Part shown: positions 9,948 through 19,571 of the stretch, piece by piece
Layout: the number at the start of each line of letters is the position of its first letter
How positions within the stretch are numbered: position 1 is the first letter of the stretch
Assembly (NCBI GenBank): GCA_964357605.1
Contig: CAYHLX010000005.1
Location: forward strand, 1 to 61,252
Length of the DNA stretch: 61,252 bases
Origin: an uncultured Candidatus Saccharibacteria bacterium
GTDB taxonomy: Bacteria; Patescibacteriota; Minisyncoccia; Phycocordibacterales; PALSA-1337
Direction: 5' to 3'
Made by a program: the position numbers and the translations under genes
The notes under the pieces: model-generated
Seen by the model: the letters and a program-made list of their open reading frames with translations, nothing else
Told to the model about the DNA's origin: nothing
Database searches by the model: none

Positions 9948-10055
9948 TTATTTTCTTCTCACTGCGCGACGAGCATGCTTGATCGCTAATCGTTTCTTGG
10001 TCTTTTTTGAACGTGAAGTTTTTCTATTGGTGCTTGCGCTTTGTCTTTTTGCCAT
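9948..10055 (-). CDS. candidate 35-aa highly basic peptide
   Basis: Hand translation MAKRQSASTNRKTSRSKKTKKRLAIKHARRAVRRK; TATAAT and GAGG immediately upstream. Confidence 0.3.
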   Translation of the reverse strand: MAKRQSASTNRKTSRSKKTKKRLAIKHARRAVRRK

Positions 10056-10077
10056 AGCCTCATTATACACTCAAAAC

Positions 10078-11559
10078 CTACTTTTCCAAATCGAGAGTCT
10101 GGTCTATTCGTATTTTATTTACAAAATCTGGAACGTGACTTACAAACACCATCGCTCCCTCATATTTATTGAGGGCTTCAGCGATCACCGGAATGTGTCT
10201 AAAGTTTATATGGTTGGTTGGTTCATCCAAAATGAGGAGTCCTGGCTTCAAAAGAACAAGTTGAGCAAAAGCTACCAAACCCTTTTGACCTTCCGATAGA
10301 TCTCCTATCCTCGTATGCACAATATCTCCTGTGATGAGAAAACTCGCTGCCACCGCCCGAATCTCTTGCTCGATGATTCTACCTTGAACAGTGCGGGCGA
10401 TATTCTCCAAACTTTGATAAACTGTGTCCTCAAAATTCAAAGTAGAAAAATCCTGTCGATAATAGCCAACCCTGGTTCCATCAAGTATTTTTGAACCTTC
10501 CGCTATTCCCTGCGCAATAGCTTCCAATAAACTACTTTTACCAATTCCATTTGGACCTTTCAAAAGGAGGTGGTTGTTGCGACGTAGTTTAATCTCTGTT
10601 TTTCTTTTGATTACTTTGTGAGTTTTAGGACTCATAATAGAGAAGTTAGTGATCGTTAAAATATCTCCAATCAATTCTGGTTGATGAGGAATAGTAAAAG
10701 GTTTGATCGTTTTATCTTCCCTCCTAGTATCAACCTTCTCCTCTTCTAGCTCCTCGGCCTTTTCGCGCATACGTTTGGCCACGAGGCGCATCTGACCTCC
10801 TTTGTTAGCAAAAAAGTTAGCTTTGTCTTTATTTTCCTGAATCTCTTTAGCCAACTGGGCATTTTTTCTATTTTCCTTTTCCACCCTAGCCGTAATCTGT
10901 TCTACGACATCAGAATAGTTTCCGACATACTGTTCTAGCTTTTTGGTAAAGATGTCCAGATACAAAACCCCATCGGTAAATTGGTTCAAGAAGAGAGCAT
11001 CGTGAGAAATAACAATGACGGTTTTGGGATATTTAATGAGAAATTGAGTGAGATGTTCAATGCCCGCTTTGTCGAGATTGTTGGTCGGCTCATCGAGAAG
11101 TAGAATGTCAGGATTCTGTATAAGAGCAGAGGCAAGAAGAAGCCTCGCTTGCTGTCCTCCAGAAAAAGTTTTGATAGTTCTTTCTTTAAAACCTTTTGTC
11201 GAACCATGAAGATTTACAACCTCTAGAACTTCATCTATCCGAGGATCAATATCATAAATTTTTTCCTTAAAACATTTCTCAAAAAACTCTCGCACAGTCA
11301 AAGTCATTTCAGAACGAGGAATCACCTGTTGAGCCAGAGCGATGCTTGTATTGTTGCTGATATGGATACTTCCAGATTCAGGTTTAGACTTGCCAACAAT
11401 AAGAGAGAAGATGGTACTCTTTCCTGCCCCATTTTGACCCATGATGGTGATCTTGGAGCCACGACGAATAGCACAATCCACCTCTTCTAGAATAGGTTTG
11501 TTGTGGCCATAATTGAAGCTGACTTCTTCAAATCGTAGTACTCCCTCATTTTTAGACAT
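10078..11559 (-). CDS. ABC-F family ATPase (two ABC cassettes, no TM domain)
   Basis: 493 aa; two Walker A motifs (GQNGAGKST, GPNGIGKSS); two LSGGQ-like signatures; charged linker. Confidence 0.9.
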   Translation of the reverse strand: MSKNEGVLRFEEVSFNYGHNKPILEEVDCAIRRGSKITIMGQNGAGKSTIFSLIVGKSKPESGSIHISNNTSIALAQQVIPRSEMTLTVREFFEKCFKEKIYDIDPRIDEVLEVVNLHGSTKGFKERTIKTFSGGQQARLLLASALIQNPDILLLDEPTNNLDKAGIEHLTQFLIKYPKTVIVISHDALFLNQFTDGVLYLDIFTKKLEQYVGNYSDVVEQITARVEKENRKNAQLAKEIQENKDKANFFANKGGQMRLVAKRMREKAEELEEEKVDTRREDKTIKPFTIPHQPELIGDILTITNFSIMSPKTHKVIKRKTEIKLRRNNHLLLKGPNGIGKSSLLEAIAQGIAEGSKILDGTRVGYYRQDFSTLNFEDTVYQSLENIARTVQGRIIEQEIRAVAASFLITGDIVHTRIGDLSEGQKGLVAFAQLVLLKPGLLILDEPTNHINFRHIPVIAEALNKYEGAMVFVSHVPDFVNKIRIDQTLDLEK

Positions 11560-11596
11560 AGATTTGAGGATAGCACAATATCTCCAAATCTCAAAT

Positions 11597-12235
11597 TTAC
11601 TTTATGAAATCTTCAGTCTTTCTAAATCCTTCATTTACGATCTCGGCCAGCTCCTTGATAACTGGGTCTATTTCAAAGGCCTCACTTCCATATTTGAGAC
11701 TAAATTCCTTATGTTGAGGAAACATTTTACCATTTGCATATTCTAAAGCCTGTAATTTTCCTTCAAGCTTATCAATAGCCCTTACCACTTTCGCTTCAAT
11801 ACATTCTTGTTTTTCATATTCCATCCAAAGGTCATAAAGTTCTTGTGATTGATCACTAGGAAGGTTGGAAAAAATCTGACGGGCTGCTTTTTCTTCAGCT
11901 TCATGTTTTTTCTTCGCCTCCTCTTTGTTATACAAATGGCTATTTTTACCCGTCCCATCGTTACCTAAAGGACTAAAATCTCCAGTAATAATCTCGGCCA
12001 GGTCGTGGACCAGAAGCATCTTCATAGCTTTGGGAAAATCAATCGGTTTTAATAAACTTTTCTCTACCAACACAAGAAGTACTGCCATTCTCCAAGTATG
12101 ATCTGCAACAGATTCATGGCGTGCTAGTGGAGGATAATCTCGCCAAAAGTATTGACCTTTAAACCTTTCAACGTCTTTGAGACCGCCAATAATTTTGAGA
12201 AAATCTACCAATTTAAGAGTGTCCATATTAATCAA
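11597..12235 (-). CDS. HD-domain phosphohydrolase (YfbR-like)
   Basis: 212 aa; SVADHTW and VHDLAEIITGD metal-binding motifs. Confidence 0.8.
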   Translation of the reverse strand: MINMDTLKLVDFLKIIGGLKDVERFKGQYFWRDYPPLARHESVADHTWRMAVLLVLVEKSLLKPIDFPKAMKMLLVHDLAEIITGDFSPLGNDGTGKNSHLYNKEEAKKKHEAEEKAARQIFSNLPSDQSQELYDLWMEYEKQECIEAKVVRAIDKLEGKLQALEYANGKMFPQHKEFSLKYGSEAFEIDPVIKELAEIVNEGFRKTEDFIK

Positions 12236-12247
12236 AGTATATCAAAA

Positions 12248-12853
12248 CTATTTCTTTCTCGCATCCGCTACCCTCCAAAGCACTCTGGAAGCATAGGTTC
12301 GATAAGGTGACCATTTTTTGGTCAGTTTTTTCATTTGGGCATCACTAGGCAACTTCTTCAAGTCATAAAGATACATCAACCCTTTTCGTAAACCGAGATC
12401 CCCCGGAGAAAAGATGTCTGTTCTACCTAAAGAAAACATGAGAATCATTTCAGCCGTCCACGGACCGATACCCTTTACAGAAGTCAAATTAGTAATAACT
12501 TCTCCATCAGGCAAAGTGTGTAGAGTCACCAAATCTATTTCTTTTCTCACTACAGCCTGGGCTAGACCATGAATAGTTTTGACTTTGGCCTCTGAAAGAC
12601 CACAAATCCTTAACTCTGCATCTTTTAAACCCAAAACATTCTGTGCATTAAACTTTTTCTTACCAAGCAAAGCCTCGAGCCTTCCAAAAATCGTTTCCGC
12701 GGCTTTTCCTGAAAGTTGTTGGTTGACGATCGCATGTACCACATCCCTAAAAACCTCTTTTGATCTTCGCACATCTGGAATCCTATGCAAGACAGACGCC
12801 CTATAGAGTAAGGCGTCTGTCTTCTTGAAATGTTTTTGAGCGAGATGATACAT
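12248..12853 (-). CDS. DNA-3-methyladenine glycosylase II / HhH-GPD family
   Basis: 201 aa; HhH motif VKGIGPWTAEMILMF followed by the catalytic Asp region SPGDLGLRKG. Confidence 0.8.
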   Translation of the reverse strand: MYHLAQKHFKKTDALLYRASVLHRIPDVRRSKEVFRDVVHAIVNQQLSGKAAETIFGRLEALLGKKKFNAQNVLGLKDAELRICGLSEAKVKTIHGLAQAVVRKEIDLVTLHTLPDGEVITNLTSVKGIGPWTAEMILMFSLGRTDIFSPGDLGLRKGLMYLYDLKKLPSDAQMKKLTKKWSPYRTYASRVLWRVADARKK

Positions 12854-12877
12854 ATGGCTCGCAACAAAAAGGATTCT

Positions 12878-13135
12878 CTATGAAAGATGCTTTGAAACAA
12901 GCTTGGTCATCTCAAACATGTTGACCATGGCCTTGCCTCCAAAAACCTTCTTGAGAGCTTCGTCAGCATTAATATTTCTCTTATTCTTCTCATCCTGGAG
13001 CTTATTGGCCTTAATATAGACCCAAAGCTTCTTCACCACCTCTGATCGAGGTAATGGACCCTTGCCCACTACAGCTGCAAGCTCTGGGCTAACAGTGAGG
13101 GGCTTCATAAATGCTGAATTTGATTTTGTTGGCAT
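12878..13135 (-). CDS. SWIB/MDM2 domain protein
   Basis: 85 aa; LSPELAAVVGKGPLPRSEVVKKLWVYIKANKLQD is the canonical SWIB pattern. Confidence 0.85.
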   Translation of the reverse strand: MPTKSNSAFMKPLTVSPELAAVVGKGPLPRSEVVKKLWVYIKANKLQDEKNKRNINADEALKKVFGGKAMVNMFEMTKLVSKHLS

Positions 13136-13179
13136 ATTTTTAAATTATCTAACTAATGAGTGAATTATACCACTATTTC

Positions 13180-14964
13180 CTAGCCATGCAAGCCTATCTG
13201 TAACTCGTAAAGTCTCCGATACTCTCCACCCTCTAGGAGAAGCAATTCTTGATGCGTTCCTGATTCGATGATTTTTCCTTCCTTAAAGACTAGAATAATA
13301 TCAGCTTTCCTCACCGTACTTAGACGATGAGCGATAATAAAGGTAGTTTTTCCTTTCATCAAGGTATCGAGAGATTCGGTAATAATCTTTTCCGATCCGG
13401 CATCTAGGGCGGAAGTTGGTTCATCTAGAACAAGTATTCTGGGATTTCTTAGAATGGCTCTCGCGATCGCTACCCTCTGTTTTTGTCCTACCGAAAGCTT
13501 CACTCCTCTCTCGCCCACAATCTGTTCCCATTTTTGAGGAAATTTTTGGATGAAATCTAGAGCATGAGCTTTGACGGTGGCAGTTTGGATCTCTTCATCT
13601 GTAGCATTGAAATTACCGTATTTCACATTCATTCTGATGGTGTCGTTAAAAAGCACGACTTCTTGAGGAACAACGGCAATCTGCTGACGAAGTTTTTTCA
13701 AATTCACATCGTTAATATCATGACCATCAATTAGAATCTGGCCCTTGGTCGCAAAATGATAAGCAGAAACTAGATCAATGAGCGTACTTTTACCCACTCC
13801 CGATTCTCCAACCAGAGCGACAACCTGTCCACCCTTGATAGAAAAAGAAATATTTTCTAAAACCTGTTTGCCTTCCTCATACTGGAAAAAGACATTTTTA
13901 AATTCAATATCGCCCTTTAGGTCAAGCTTTATTGAGCCTTCTTTCTCATAAGGCTCTGGATTAACCTGCAGGATCTTCTCTGTTTCCTGAATGTTAATAA
14001 TGCCATTTTGAATCGTTTGCCAATTTCTGGCGATGACAATGAACGGACCGAAGACCATCGCCGCATAAGTATTGAAGGCGATGAGTTCTCCAATCGTCAT
14101 GGTGCCATTTTGAATATATGAAACAGAAATCACAAAAATAATGATTTGGGTTACCAGAATCGTAATTCTTTGGTAAAGAGTCAGACTGCCCCAGAGATTA
14201 GTGAGACGCATCCAAAGGGGTACGGCACTTTTCATCTTGGTAGAAAGCTTATTCATTTCATACTCCTCAGCTGTGGCTTGCTTGATCGCTAGAGTATTAC
14301 CGACTACATCATATGATTCTCCGAACACAAAGTTCAAAACATCCCAATATTCTTTTTGATAGACAGCTGTATGAGTGATCTTGGTGGAAAAAATAAAAAC
14401 ATAAATGATCACCCCCGCTAATAGAAAAAGAGCAAGAAGAGGTTGGAGGTAGAAGGTAATAATAAAAGCAATGACGATACTTAATATTTGTGGGCTGAGG
14501 TCGATCACGATGCGTCCCGCAATCGTTTCAAAAGCGCTAGCAGCGACATTGATTTTATTACTTATTTCTCCTATTTTATTGGTCTTATGAAATGAGACTG
14601 GTAACAAAAGAAGATAACCAAAACCCTTACTCAGATAATCTAGCCAAATAATATTGGAAAACTTCTCGCTCAAGATATTAATTCTCCAGTCTAGAATATA
14701 GGTAATAAGTTGAATAACTCCCCAAAGGGTCAGTAGCGCAAGGTAAATTGGTATAAAGTAAGAAAATATCTTGACCGTCTCAGTACTCATAATGACATCA
14801 AAAAAACTTCCGGCAATATATGGGATAACCCCATTTCCTATAGCTGAGAGCAGACCCATGATGCTCAAGGTCATGATCTCACGCTTGTATTGACCCATAT
14901 ACCGAAGTAAAAGCTTGATCCCAGTATAGAGATTTTCTTTGTTTATTTTTTCTATTTGTTCCAT
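13180..14964 (-). CDS. ABC exporter, fused permease/ATPase (MsbA-like)
   Basis: 594 aa; six-TM N-terminal half; GESGVGKST Walker A; LSVGQKQR signature; ILVLDEPTS Walker B. Confidence 0.9.
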   Translation of the reverse strand: MEQIEKINKENLYTGIKLLLRYMGQYKREIMTLSIMGLLSAIGNGVIPYIAGSFFDVIMSTETVKIFSYFIPIYLALLTLWGVIQLITYILDWRINILSEKFSNIIWLDYLSKGFGYLLLLPVSFHKTNKIGEISNKINVAASAFETIAGRIVIDLSPQILSIVIAFIITFYLQPLLALFLLAGVIIYVFIFSTKITHTAVYQKEYWDVLNFVFGESYDVVGNTLAIKQATAEEYEMNKLSTKMKSAVPLWMRLTNLWGSLTLYQRITILVTQIIIFVISVSYIQNGTMTIGELIAFNTYAAMVFGPFIVIARNWQTIQNGIINIQETEKILQVNPEPYEKEGSIKLDLKGDIEFKNVFFQYEEGKQVLENISFSIKGGQVVALVGESGVGKSTLIDLVSAYHFATKGQILIDGHDINDVNLKKLRQQIAVVPQEVVLFNDTIRMNVKYGNFNATDEEIQTATVKAHALDFIQKFPQKWEQIVGERGVKLSVGQKQRVAIARAILRNPRILVLDEPTSALDAGSEKIITESLDTLMKGKTTFIIAHRLSTVRKADIILVFKEGKIIESGTHQELLLLEGGEYRRLYELQIGLHG

Positions 14965-14981
14965 GAGGTAATTTTAATAAA

Positions 14982-15866
14982 TTATTTTACCACACCATCT
15001 TTACTAAACTCCCCCATCACCGCTTTGATTCCCGCCAAGTTTTTATCCCACTCTATCGTATCGTGAGTCTTGAGCTCCACGGTAATAGCGGGAATCTGTA
15101 GAGAAGCCAACCAGTCATCAGCTGCTCCAGTCACCGCATAAGCATCGAAAGTTTTGACGGCTGGATAGAGAGAAGCTTTGGAGTAAGTGTCCATAAGTTC
15201 TGTCGTCCCCGGTAGAATTCCCTCCTCGCACTGCGAAGCGTAGACCGCATTTGATTTGCTATGCCAAAAAACGACCGCATCAGGTTTATTTTCTAAAACA
15301 AAATCTCTAAAAGCCGAAACTTCCGGCTCAGAAAAAGCTTTTGTACCAGCACTCACAGTTTTTGACTGCCAAGTACTCTTTGGTTGCCATTTACAATCAA
15401 AATTACGATTCAAATCTACTTCATTAGCGTTAAAACGACCCGAAGCTAGAACTTTAGGATCTTCTGAAACATCCTCAACACCAAAACGTCCTTCCTTACC
15501 AGTAACTAGGAACAATCCGTCAGGATTTAGAACAGGAATAATCGTAATAGAAAGATCTTTAGGAATAATCTTCGTATTTTGATCAAGATAATCTTTAAAC
15601 TTATAGGCTAGAAAAACACTATTCCATTCATATCCACCATGGACTCCACCCACGAAAACTAATTTCTTGGCGCCACTGCCATAGGTATAACTTTCAATCT
15701 TACGTCCCTCTACAGAATTACCTATGACTTTATATACTGGACTAGTAACAACAATGGTTTCTACTGGTTTTTCCGGTATCTTTTCAATTGATCTAAAAGA
15801 GAAAAAAGCCACAAGAAAACCAAGAATAACTACAGCAATAACTATCTTTGTAGTGGTTAAGCGCAT
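14982..15866 (-). CDS. M14-family zinc carboxypeptidase-like protein, membrane-anchored
   Basis: 294 aa; N-terminal TM helix; VGGVHGGYEWNS and VDLNRNFDC motifs. Confidence 0.7.
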   Translation of the reverse strand: MRLTTTKIVIAVVILGFLVAFFSFRSIEKIPEKPVETIVVTSPVYKVIGNSVEGRKIESYTYGSGAKKLVFVGGVHGGYEWNSVFLAYKFKDYLDQNTKIIPKDLSITIIPVLNPDGLFLVTGKEGRFGVEDVSEDPKVLASGRFNANEVDLNRNFDCKWQPKSTWQSKTVSAGTKAFSEPEVSAFRDFVLENKPDAVVFWHSKSNAVYASQCEEGILPGTTELMDTYSKASLYPAVKTFDAYAVTGAADDWLASLQIPAITVELKTHDTIEWDKNLAGIKAVMGEFSKDGVVK

Positions 15867-15875
15867 TATGAAAAC

Positions 15876-16751
15876 TTATTTTGAATAGTATTCTAGCAAA
15901 GCTTTGATACCCTTTTCATTTTTACTCCACTCGGTATCGGTATGATTGGTAAGCAAAACACTCACGGCTGGCACACCAATCTTGGCCAGCCAGTTAGTCA
16001 TGTCGCCAGTGGTAGAGTAGAAATCAAAGCTGGAATGAGCTGGGTATCCTGAAGCTTTTGCAAATGTCTTAGTCAACGCGTCTGTTTCTACAGAAACTCC
16101 CCCGTGACAGTTGGAAGCAAAGACTCCACCCGCGGCACTGTACCAAACCACAACGGCAGTAGGCTTAGCTGTTTCAATATAGTTCTTGATTGCTAGACTC
16201 TCTGGTTCAGAGAAAGCGGCGGATCCACCACTCACAGTCTTATTCTGCCATTTAGCTTTGGTTTGCCAATCACAATCAAAGTTACGATTTAGATCCACGT
16301 CGTTGCTATTAAAACGAGCGGAAGCCAGAACAGAGTCTGAGGGGCTATTGTTTCCAACAAGCTTGTTGAGACCGTCCGGATTCAGAATGGGAATGATCGT
16401 AACTGATAAGCCACTTGGAACCATAGTTGGATCCTTCTTGAAAGCATCAACGGCTTCCCGCGCCACCGCTACTGTATTGCTTGAGTATCCTCCGTGAATA
16501 CCTCCGACAAAAAGGAGTTTCTTAGGACCAGTACCAAAATTATAGGCAACGATATCCCGCCCTTCTACAGATTTACCAATCACCGTTTCTCCAGGATTTT
16601 GTTGGGGTGTAGTAGTGGCAGTGGTCGTAGCTGGTTGAGTATTAGTTGGTTCCTGTGTGACGGGTACAGGTTCAGATGAGTCCTTACCAAAATAGTAAAT
16701 ACCGAGAACAATAATAATAACGACAACTATAGCGATAGTGATTTTTTTCAT
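15876..16751 (-). CDS. M14-family carboxypeptidase-like paralog
   Basis: 291 aa; collinear with the previous ORF (VGGIHGGYSSNT, VDLNRNFDC); tandem duplicate. Confidence 0.7.
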   Translation of the reverse strand: MKKITIAIVVVIIIVLGIYYFGKDSSEPVPVTQEPTNTQPATTTATTTPQQNPGETVIGKSVEGRDIVAYNFGTGPKKLLFVGGIHGGYSSNTVAVAREAVDAFKKDPTMVPSGLSVTIIPILNPDGLNKLVGNNSPSDSVLASARFNSNDVDLNRNFDCDWQTKAKWQNKTVSGGSAAFSEPESLAIKNYIETAKPTAVVVWYSAAGGVFASNCHGGVSVETDALTKTFAKASGYPAHSSFDFYSTTGDMTNWLAKIGVPAVSVLLTNHTDTEWSKNEKGIKALLEYYSK

Positions 16752-17168
16752 ACTTCTATTCTACCATTAAAACTAGATTACTTCCAAGCCCCTAGGATCA
16801 GTCCAAAGACAATGAACGTGACGAGCTGAGCTCCAGCTGTAATAAACACCCTCAACCAACGACAGTAACTATTGGACTATATTTGCTTAAAAAACTTAAA
16901 AACAAAGCAACCTGCTCATCATCATGAAAAAACCGGATAATTCATCTACTTTGAAGAAACGCACCCAAACCAAAAAAACAACTTCGGGACAAATCAGCAA
17001 AGACCCCTGGTTAAGTCTCTCTTCAGACAGCTCACAAGAAACTGGGCGAGACTTTCCAGTCCTCAACCGCGCGTCAACCGATACAAATTTGACGCGCTAC
17101 CAAGTTGATGGAGATTGAGGTGTTTGGCCCGTTTCGGGATCACAAAAAGGCTTGCGCAAGTAGGCCTT

Positions 17169-17468
17169 TTACTTTATAAGAAAAAGGAGAATTGCAAAAA
17201 CAACGACGAAACAAGCGAAAAATCCGACTGTCTTGCCAAAAAAGACTAGAGCTTCTGGCTTTTTATTTTCTACTAACAAACGCAGAGGTTCAGATAAGAA
17301 GAGGAAACCCATCACGGCCGCTGATAACACAAAGAGACTTAACATCGTCATGGGAATAATGATCGTTTCAGGCTGGTCCTTTAAAAATGAACCTGCAAAA
17401 CTACCAACACTGACCAAAACAGCAATGTAAATCGCCGCTCCTAAAGCATGTAAAAATGGTTTTTTCAT
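17169..17468 (-). CDS. small integral membrane protein (3 predicted TM helices)
   Basis: 99 aa, almost entirely hydrophobic helices. Confidence 0.6.
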   Translation of the reverse strand: MKKPFLHALGAAIYIAVLVSVGSFAGSFLKDQPETIIIPMTMLSLFVLSAAVMGFLFLSEPLRLLVENKKPEALVFFGKTVGFFACFVVVFAILLFLIK

Positions 17469-17495
17469 CCTGCTATTATAGCAAATTTGTGAGTT

Positions 17496-17744
17496 TTAAC
17501 GATGGATACAACCAGCCCAGCAACAAGGTCGGCGTTTACCTTCTGTGAGTTCTGAACATGTCCTCTCGACATGATGTTGCCTTGTCTCCGGTTTCTTAAC
17601 AGAGACGATCCAGCAGATCCATTCATTACGGGCCAGCGGTGTGATATCTTTCCATACTTTCAACGCCGCAGTATTAGAATTAAGGGCACTCCGTAAATCT
17701 GCCGGGATTTTATGTACCGTTTCAGATGAGATGTCTTTTTTCAT
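17496..17744 (-). CDS. YdeI/OmpD-associated family protein
   Basis: 82 aa; W.DITPLARNEWICWI...KKPETR pattern. Confidence 0.6.
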   Translation of the reverse strand: MKKDISSETVHKIPADLRSALNSNTAALKVWKDITPLARNEWICWIVSVKKPETRQHHVERTCSELTEGKRRPCCWAGCIHR

Positions 17745-17762
17745 TTTGGAGATTTTTTAAAT

Positions 17763-18278
17763 CTAAAGACTAATTCCCAATAATCTTAACACCAAACCTG
17801 CCACCGGATCAGCACTTGTACCATACACCATTACCCCTCCAAGCAAACCAGTAATAGAAATAGTGATAAACCCGAGAATTGCCAATGTTATTGAAAGAAT
17901 TGGTTGATTAAGAAGGTTTTTAATAAAAACTATAGTTTTTAAAATCTTTCCTGATTTTAGTTTCAAATCGATCCAGGACATAGAGATGGATAAAATCTCC
18001 CCGAGCAAAAGGATCGCGTACAGATAAGTAGCTGTGGTGGCGAAAAACGAATGTGCTTCTACTAAGTTATGATTTGGTTTAGTTAACTGTTCTGCTGTTT
18101 CTCCAGTCATAAGGGCCGCAAAGGCACCCAGAACACCCACCAAAAGAAGGGCTCTCTCAATATGTTTCCAGGACACATTAGGAAACCACTTCTTAAAAGG
18201 GATTATTTTGATAATCGAATAAATAAAAAGAAGCGCGATTGGAAAATGAACAAAAAGCGGGTGAATATTATACAACAT
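17763..18278 (-). CDS. DUF2231-like membrane protein
   Basis: 171 aa; HPLFVHFPIAL N-terminal motif; 4-5 TM helices. Confidence 0.6.
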   Translation of the reverse strand: MLYNIHPLFVHFPIALLFIYSIIKIIPFKKWFPNVSWKHIERALLLVGVLGAFAALMTGETAEQLTKPNHNLVEAHSFFATTATYLYAILLLGEILSISMSWIDLKLKSGKILKTIVFIKNLLNQPILSITLAILGFITISITGLLGGVMVYGTSADPVAGLVLRLLGISL

Positions 18279-18302
18279 ATGAATTTAATTTTAACATAAA
18301 GT

Positions 18303-18330
18303 GCTGGGGGATGTGGGACGAAGTTGGAAC
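18303..18330 (+). repeat. island repeat copy R1
   Basis: GCTGGGGGATGTGGGACGAAGTTGGAAC; ends 4 nt before the stop codon of the minus-strand NUDIX gene. Confidence 0.9.
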
Positions 18331-18334
18331 TACT

Positions 18335-18835
18335 TTAACCAAGCCTCGGCAATAATTCCAAGCCACGCTCGACGAAACGATCGCCTATCTTACCCCAATT
18401 TATATACTTCCTATAATCGGCAGGATCAATCATCTTCACTTCAGTTATGATACCACCAGCCGGATCAGCCACAAATTCACCGTACGGCCTGACGAGACAT
18501 ACATATCGGAGCTGGTACGAAAATCCCTGACCGGGTTTACTACCCCTCTGATATCCGACTGGCAAATATGATAGGACCTCCATGTTGGATTCTTCCCGCA
18601 CCTCTCTCTTTAGAGCCTCCTCGGGAGTCTCACCAATCTCTAGCCGTCCACCCGGGAACCCCCACTCTCTATCTTTGCCGCCAAAATGGCCAAACACGAT
18701 GACAAGCTTACGGTCGCAAAAACAAATTCCATAACTCTGCTTAACGTGTTCCTTATCTAGGTCAACGAAACTATCTGCATCCGTATATTCGAATGTTACT
18801 TGTGGATCATTATTAAACTGTTCAATTATTTGCAT
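18335..18835 (-). CDS. NUDIX hydrolase
   Basis: 166 aa; Nudix box GGRLEIGETPEEALKREVREESN. Confidence 0.85.
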   Translation of the reverse strand: MQIIEQFNNDPQVTFEYTDADSFVDLDKEHVKQSYGICFCDRKLVIVFGHFGGKDREWGFPGGRLEIGETPEEALKREVREESNMEVLSYLPVGYQRGSKPGQGFSYQLRYVCLVRPYGEFVADPAGGIITEVKMIDPADYRKYINWGKIGDRFVERGLELLPRLG

Positions 18836-18928
18836 ATAAATTGCCGCGAGTCTTAGACGATGTTAGAACCTCATTAATAAGCATTTCTGACCTCAACTGG
18901 TTCAGGATTGTTAAGGCGTGGTAAGCCG

Positions 18929-19567
18929 TTAACTGATGATATTCCGAGCCAAACCACTATAGCGGTCCGCAAGTCCTTCGTAGATAAGCATTTTCAATGG
19001 CTCGTAGTCCCACTGCTTATCTATCTGCTTCAAAGCGTCGAGATACCTATTTTTGTTTTCACGTTCAATTTTTATAGAAATACCAACCAAGCCGTACCTT
19101 TCCAAAATGAGATTTGCCGCCAACCTTGCCGTCCTACCATTACCTTCACGAAATGGATGAACATGTGTAATTTTGTGATGTATCCAAGCAGTCGTCTCCA
19201 CTACTGCATCAAGCTGTTTCATTTGCTCGTCAGTCGGGTCAGTGTTTTCCATAAAGAGACCTTCGAGAGTTTTAAGACCAGAAAGTCGCTTTATAAACTC
19301 AACATTCGCCTCATTCATATGCTTTGCAACTTCCGAGTGGTGGGGTGGTAGATGTGATGAGTCAGTAATTTTCAGATTTTCTGTTCGCCACTGACCTGCA
19401 ATTTCAGGCCATGCGTCTTTGAAAATAACCTCATGAATTTTTCGAATGGTCCCAGTATCTATTACGTCTTTGGAATGTGCATACTTTCTAACAAAACGAG
19501 AGGCTCGGATAACGCCGATTGCCTCTCGTTTCTGTAGCTCTGCCTCATCTCCAGGACGTGTTGCCAT
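18929..19567 (-). CDS. Fic/DOC family protein (putative AMPylating toxin)
   Basis: 212 aa; canonical Fic motif HPFREGNGRTARL. Confidence 0.9.
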   Translation of the reverse strand: MATRPGDEAELQKREAIGVIRASRFVRKYAHSKDVIDTGTIRKIHEVIFKDAWPEIAGQWRTENLKITDSSHLPPHHSEVAKHMNEANVEFIKRLSGLKTLEGLFMENTDPTDEQMKQLDAVVETTAWIHHKITHVHPFREGNGRTARLAANLILERYGLVGISIKIERENKNRYLDALKQIDKQWDYEPLKMLIYEGLADRYSGLARNIIS

Positions 19568-19571
19568 GTAG

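Noticed and set aside
16924-17118. 64-aa plus-strand ORF in the 16.75-17.17 kb gap, and a possible ~25-aa TM peptide on the minus strand at about 16790-16870
   Set aside because: There is no convincing RBS or recognisable family for either. They are left unannotated, so the gap remains unexplained.
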